Shown piece by piece: positions 60,501-64,000 of a DNA stretch of 64,000 bases. Position 1 is the stretch's first letter, and every line of letters starts with the position of its first letter. Source of the stretch: Heterodontus francisci (lineage: Eukaryota); contig NC_090395.1 of the NCBI RefSeq assembly GCF_036365525.1, positions 65,187,326-65,251,325 of the forward strand. Direction: 5' to 3'. The position numbers and the translations under genes are program-made. The notes under the pieces are model-generated. The model worked only from the letters and a program-made list of their open reading frames with translations, was not told where the DNA came from and did not search any database.

Positions 60501-62416
60501 CCCTGAAGAACAACAGTCCTGGTGTTATTGCAACCAGATCACATTATCAGCCCTATAATCTTTTGAAAAATTCTTACCTGTGAAAACTTTCAGTAATATA
60601 ACATCTGAAATACTGATAGAAGTCTCATGTTTTGGTCCACAGAAGTAAGTTCCTGTGTCTGTCTCCTGAAGTTGTGTTATGGTAACAGAAATCAATCCAT
60701 TGGCATTAGTGATCGATGTTCTTCTGTCATAATTCCTGTCCATATATTTGTTTGTGCTCATTATAATATTGCACCAAGTTTTGGAATTTGCTTTACACCA
60801 GATTACAGAGTTTTGGATCCCTGCCTGTGGACATTCCACAGTGACTGTTTCTCCCACTGCAGCTTTCACCACTGTTGATGCAGTTTGTGTCCGCAAAGCT
60901 GTTGGGTGAAATTTAACATTTTAAGAAAGCTGGAAATATCACAACGATCAATTTTAGTCAATCCTTTTGGCACATCACAGATAACAAATGCAAATGCTTC
61001 ATCAGGGGGCAAAAGAAGTCCTGAAAGGGACTGGAATCAGAGAATCTTACAGAAGGGACCATTCAGCCCTTCGTGCCTGTGCCAGCTCTTCGAAAAGCTG
61101 TCCAACTTAATCCCACAACCCAACTCTTCTTCATAACTTTGCACATTAGTTCTCTTCAACTGCCTTTTGAAAATTCTTATGGAATCTGATTCCACCGCCC
61201 TTTTAAGCATTCCCGATCATAACAACCTTACTTGGGAAATAATTTCTCCTGCTGTCTCCTCTAATTCTTTTGCCAGTTATTTTATATCTATGACCTCTGG
61301 TTACCTACCCACATACCAGAGGAAACAGTTTCTCCCTATTTGCTCTATCAAAACCCTTCATAATTTCAATACCTCTATTAGCTTTCCCATTAACCTTCTC
61401 TGCTCCAAGGACAATAATACCAGCTTCTCCAAATAACTGAACTCCCTCATCCCTATTATCATCCTGGTAAACCTCTTCTGTACCATTTGCCAGGGCCTTG
61501 ATATCCTTTCTAAAGTGCAGTGCCCAGAATCGAACACAATACTCCAACTGAAACCAAGCCAGTGATTAGTAAAGGTTTAGCATGACTTCTTGTTTTTGCA
61601 TTCAATGGCTCGATTAGCAAACCCAAGTATTCCATAACTGCCTTACCATCTTGCCCTGCCATGTTCAAGGATTGTAAATATGCACCCCAAGCTCCCTCTG
61701 CTCTTACATCCCCCACAATATTGTACCATTTAGGTAATACTGCGCCTCCAAGTTGTTCCGGCCAAAGTGCATCACTTCATACTTATCCACATTAAATTGT
61801 ATCTGCCATGTGCCTGCCCATTTTGCCATTCTTTCTACATCCTCCTGTTACTATCCTGATTTTCACCCTACCAGATAGACAGTGATGAGGTTGGCAGACT
61901 GGCTGCCACCATTATTTAAAGGGGCCTTCCCTTGCATGGCAGGAGCAAGCACATGTTTTGTGCAATAGGCCTCTTTGTTATTCAAATCGTACTTACCCAT
62001 TCACATTCTTGTAATGTTCGACAGTATTCCTCCGTTCCCCTCCCTGAGGGAACTCGCTATTAGTATAGCTCAAATTTCTGGTGCATTGTCTCCTCCCTTT
62101 GCCTCACCATTGAGGGCTGCATTTTCAATTAAGTCCAACTTTCTGGAATTCTATCGCTAAACCCCTCCTCCTTGTCAACTCGCTGATCTCCTTTAAGACC
62201 CTCTTTAAAGCCCATCTCTTTTACCAAGCTTTTGGTCACCCCCCACAAACTCTCCTCCTTTAGCTCAATGGCTGTATTTCTTCACTCCTCTATGAAAATC
62301 TTTGAGACATTTTTCTATGCTGAAGGCACTACATAAATTCAAGTTGTTGTTTCAAATATATCATTGATAATCTTACTTGATATCAAAGTGAGGAACAGCA
62401 GAGCAATGAACTTCAT
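48417..62416 (-). CDS. CD300/pIgR/TREM-family (CMRF35-like) receptor with two IgV domains and an ITIM-bearing terminal exon; the cytoplasmic junction is unresolved and possibly disrupted
   Basis: Leader 62416-62377, IgV1 60898-60578, IgV2 57497-57171, stalk 54732-54693 and TM 53875-53781 splice in frame with GT-AG sites. ITIM exon is 48588-48417. Confidence 0.85.
49632..50000 (-). mobile_element. CR1-clade LINE endonuclease fragment
   Basis: GDFN and VREPTRGKNLSDLTLTN on the - strand. Confidence 0.8.
50363..50469 (-). pseudogene. Putative cytoplasmic exon, apparently frame-disrupted (..GTERKRENKSKSIL / HEIQTGDIMTTAEYQ)
   Basis: cattttctag| acceptor and AG|gtaggt donor. The 3' end is in the correct phase for the ITIM exon, but all three frames contain stops. 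Confidence 0.45.
50795..51740 (-). mobile_element. L2 LINE 3' fragment inserted into an older CR1 remnant (about 50520-50790 and 51745-52150)
   Basis: ORF 50905-51240 RSTFGGRTFSHLGPELWNCLP...LASFKPLLKTYF is the L2 C-terminus. Confidence 0.85.
52155..52290 (-). mobile_element. Young Penelope-like terminal fragment with hammerhead motif
   Basis: The - strand reads gtt-CCGAAGA-agggtcactgaccc-GAAA-cgtt-aac...ttttgcttttatt. Confidence 0.88.
52920..53661. mobile_element. GC-rich MITE-like element
   Basis: ggggcgaaatgtt...aaatatagccc ends; caattaag/cttaatg internal motifs. Confidence 0.5.
53781..53875 (-). CDS. Receptor transmembrane exon NTAQKIWYIILAAVLVLFIRRKKRPKTTGNG
   Basis: ttttag| acceptor and G|gtaagt donor; hydrophobic run followed by the RRKKR stop-transfer cluster. 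Confidence 0.85.
54035..54368 (+). mobile_element. CR1-clade LINE 3' fragment (further copies at 46940-47060 -, 54980-55280 +, 56605-56800 +)
   Basis: AGSKSWNSLPNSTVG...HLLKGN 3' end shared with the 62618 element. Confidence 0.85.
54693..54732 (-). CDS. Receptor stalk exon VTIGRPTDPSNIT(S)
   Basis: ctcctag| acceptor and AG|gtaaga donor; phase 1 to 2 bridges IgV2 and TM exactly; P/T/S-rich with an NIT sequon. Confidence 0.8.
55583..56336. mobile_element. GC-rich MITE-like element
   Basis: TIR gggcggaattttctc / gagagaatttacgac; internal inverted repeat accatccaattaagg / ccttaattggatggt. Confidence 0.65.
57171..57497 (-). CDS. Receptor IgV domain 2 (DSWEP...VPCLY...KKFLCKVTSEDKC...GRVSI...DKGEYWCG...LTIAE)
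   Basis: 327-nt phase 1-1 exon with 4 Cys and the GRVSI and DxGxYWCG motifs. Confidence 0.93.
58640..60320 (-). mobile_element. CR1-clade LINE, RT to 3' end, in a receptor intron
   Basis: KATGPD, NYRPISLLS, VPQG, DD motifs; frameshifted. Confidence 0.92.
60578..60898 (-). CDS. Receptor IgV domain 1 (TLRTQ...VGETVTVEC...WCKANSKTWC...DTGTYFC...LKVFT)
   Basis: 321-nt phase 1-1 exon. Canonical V-set Cys/Trp/DxGxYxC plus the extra C-x7-C pair typical of CD300/pIgR/TREM. Confidence 0.93.
61040..61850 (-). mobile_element. CR1 3' fragment
   Basis: EYCVRFWALHFRKD on the - strand. Confidence 0.8.
62100..62350 (+). mobile_element. L2 3' tail fragment
   Basis: Same tail as the 3500-3711 region (ataaattcaagttgttg). 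Confidence 0.7.
62377..62416 (-). CDS. Receptor exon 1: signal peptide MKFIALLFLTLIS
   Basis: ggaaccATG Kozak context, hydrophobic core, phase-1 A|gtaaga donor that joins IgV1 in frame. Confidence 0.88.
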
Positions 62417-62617
62417 GGTTCCAGCGAAGGTATCCACAATTTCCAGTAACCTATCTCTGTGTTGGTCAAAGGATTTGTACTGAATCATTTACTTTCTCGT
62501 AGAATTACAGATATCTTCCCTGTATTGCATAGCATAAGAAATATTGACAAATCCTACTGTTTCACAACTTGTGTGTGTAGACATCAACAGTTGCAGTTAT
62601 GTAAAGATTTTTTTTAA

Positions 62618-64000
62618 AATTCATTCACAGGATGTGGGCGTCGCTGGCCAGGCCAGCATTTATTGCCCATCCCTAATTGCCTTTGAGAAGGTGGTGGTGA
62701 GCTGCCTTCTTGAACCGCTGCAGTCCATGTGGGGTAGGTACACCCACAGTGCTGTTAGGAAGGGAGTTCCAGGATTTTGACCCAGCGACAGTGAAGGAAC
62801 GGCGATATAGTTCCAAGTCAGGATGGTGTGTGACTTGGAGGGGAACTTGCAGATGGTGGTGTTCCCATGTATTTACTGCCCTTGTCCTTCTAGTTGGTAG
62901 AGGTTGCGGGTTTGGAAGATGCTGTCGAAGGAGCCTTGGTGCAGTGCATCTTGTAGATGGTACACACTGCTGCCACTGTGCGTCGGTGGTGGAGGGAGTG
63001 AATGTTTGTAGATGGGGTGCCAATCAAGCGGGCTGCTTTGTCCTGGATGGTGTCGAGCTTCTTGAGTGTTGTTGGAGCTGCACCCATCCAGGCAAGTGGA
63101 GAGTATTCCATCACACTCCTGACTTGTGCCTTGTAGATTGTGGACAGGCTTTGGGAAGTCAGGAGGTGAGTTACTCACCTCAGGATTCCTAGCCTCTGAC
63201 CTGCTCTTGTAGCCACGGTATTTATATGGCTACTCCAGTTCAGTTTTCAATCAATGGTAGCCCCTAGGATGTTGATAGTGGGGATTCAGCGATGGTTAAA
63301 TGTCAAGGGGAGATGGTTAGATTCTCTCTTGTTGGAGATGGTCATTGCCTGGCACTTGTGTGGCACGAATGTTACTTGCCACTTATCAGCCCAGGCCTGG
63401 ATATAGTCCAGGTCCAGGTCTTGCTGCATTTCTACACATTTCTACACAGACTGCTTCAGTATCTGAGGAGTCTTGAATGGTGCTGAACATTGTGCAATCA
63501 TCAGCGGACATCCCCACTCTGACCTTATGATTGAAGGAAGGTCATTGATGAAGCAGCTGAAGATGGTTGGGCCTAGGACACTACCCTGAGGTACTCTTGC
63601 AGCGATGTCTTGGAGCTGAGATGATTGACCTCCAACAACCACAACCATCTTCCTTTGCGCTAGGTATGACTCCAGCCAGCAGAGAGTTTTCCCCTTGATT
63701 CCCATTGACCTCAGTTTTGCTAGGGCTCCTTGATGCCATACTCGATCAAATGCTGCTTTGATGTCAAGGGCAGTCACTCTCACCTCACCTCTTGAGTTCA
63801 GCTTTTTTGTCCATGTTTGAACCAAGGCTGTAATGAGGTCAGGAGCTGAGTGGTCCTGGCGGAACCCAAACTGAGTATCACTGAGCAGGTTGTTGCTAAG
63901 CAAGTGCCGCTTGATGGCACTGTTGATGACACCTTCCATCACTTTACTGATGATTGAGAGGAGGCTAATGGGGCAGTAGTTGGCCAGGTTGGGTTTGTCC
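62618..64000 (-). mobile_element. CR1-clade LINE, RT to 3' end, running off the window
   Basis: ORF 63442-63942 [27 protein letters not shown]. Confidence 0.93.

Overview
Vertebrate genomic DNA, almost certainly from a cartilaginous fish (shark-type V-SINE/CR1 pairs, Penelope and Deu-SINE repeats). It holds two convergent multi-exon genes. (1) On the + strand are the last 12 coding exons of AHCYL1/IRBIT (6921-29510, 336 codons plus stop, all GT-AG and phase-consistent), followed by a long 3'UTR with several poly(A) signals up to about 35.98 kb. The 5' exons lie outside the window. (2) On the - strand is a CD300/pIgR/TREM-family receptor gene (ATG at 62416, stop at 48417) with a leader, two 4-Cys IgV domains, a stalk, an unusually short transmembrane exon and a terminal exon with two ITIMs. 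I could not splice the transmembrane exon in frame to the ITIM exon using the obvious intervening exon. Much of the rest is transposable-element derived: many CR1 and L2 fragments, a near full-length CR1, a Penelope element with a 13-bp TSD, a Tx1 fragment with an 11-bp TSD, an RTE 3' end, solo LTRs, V-SINEs, MITE-like elements and many short Penelope termini carrying minimal hammerhead-ribozyme motifs. Most ORFs in the supplied track are TE fragments or spurious. Repeat boundaries are approximate unless a TSD is quoted.
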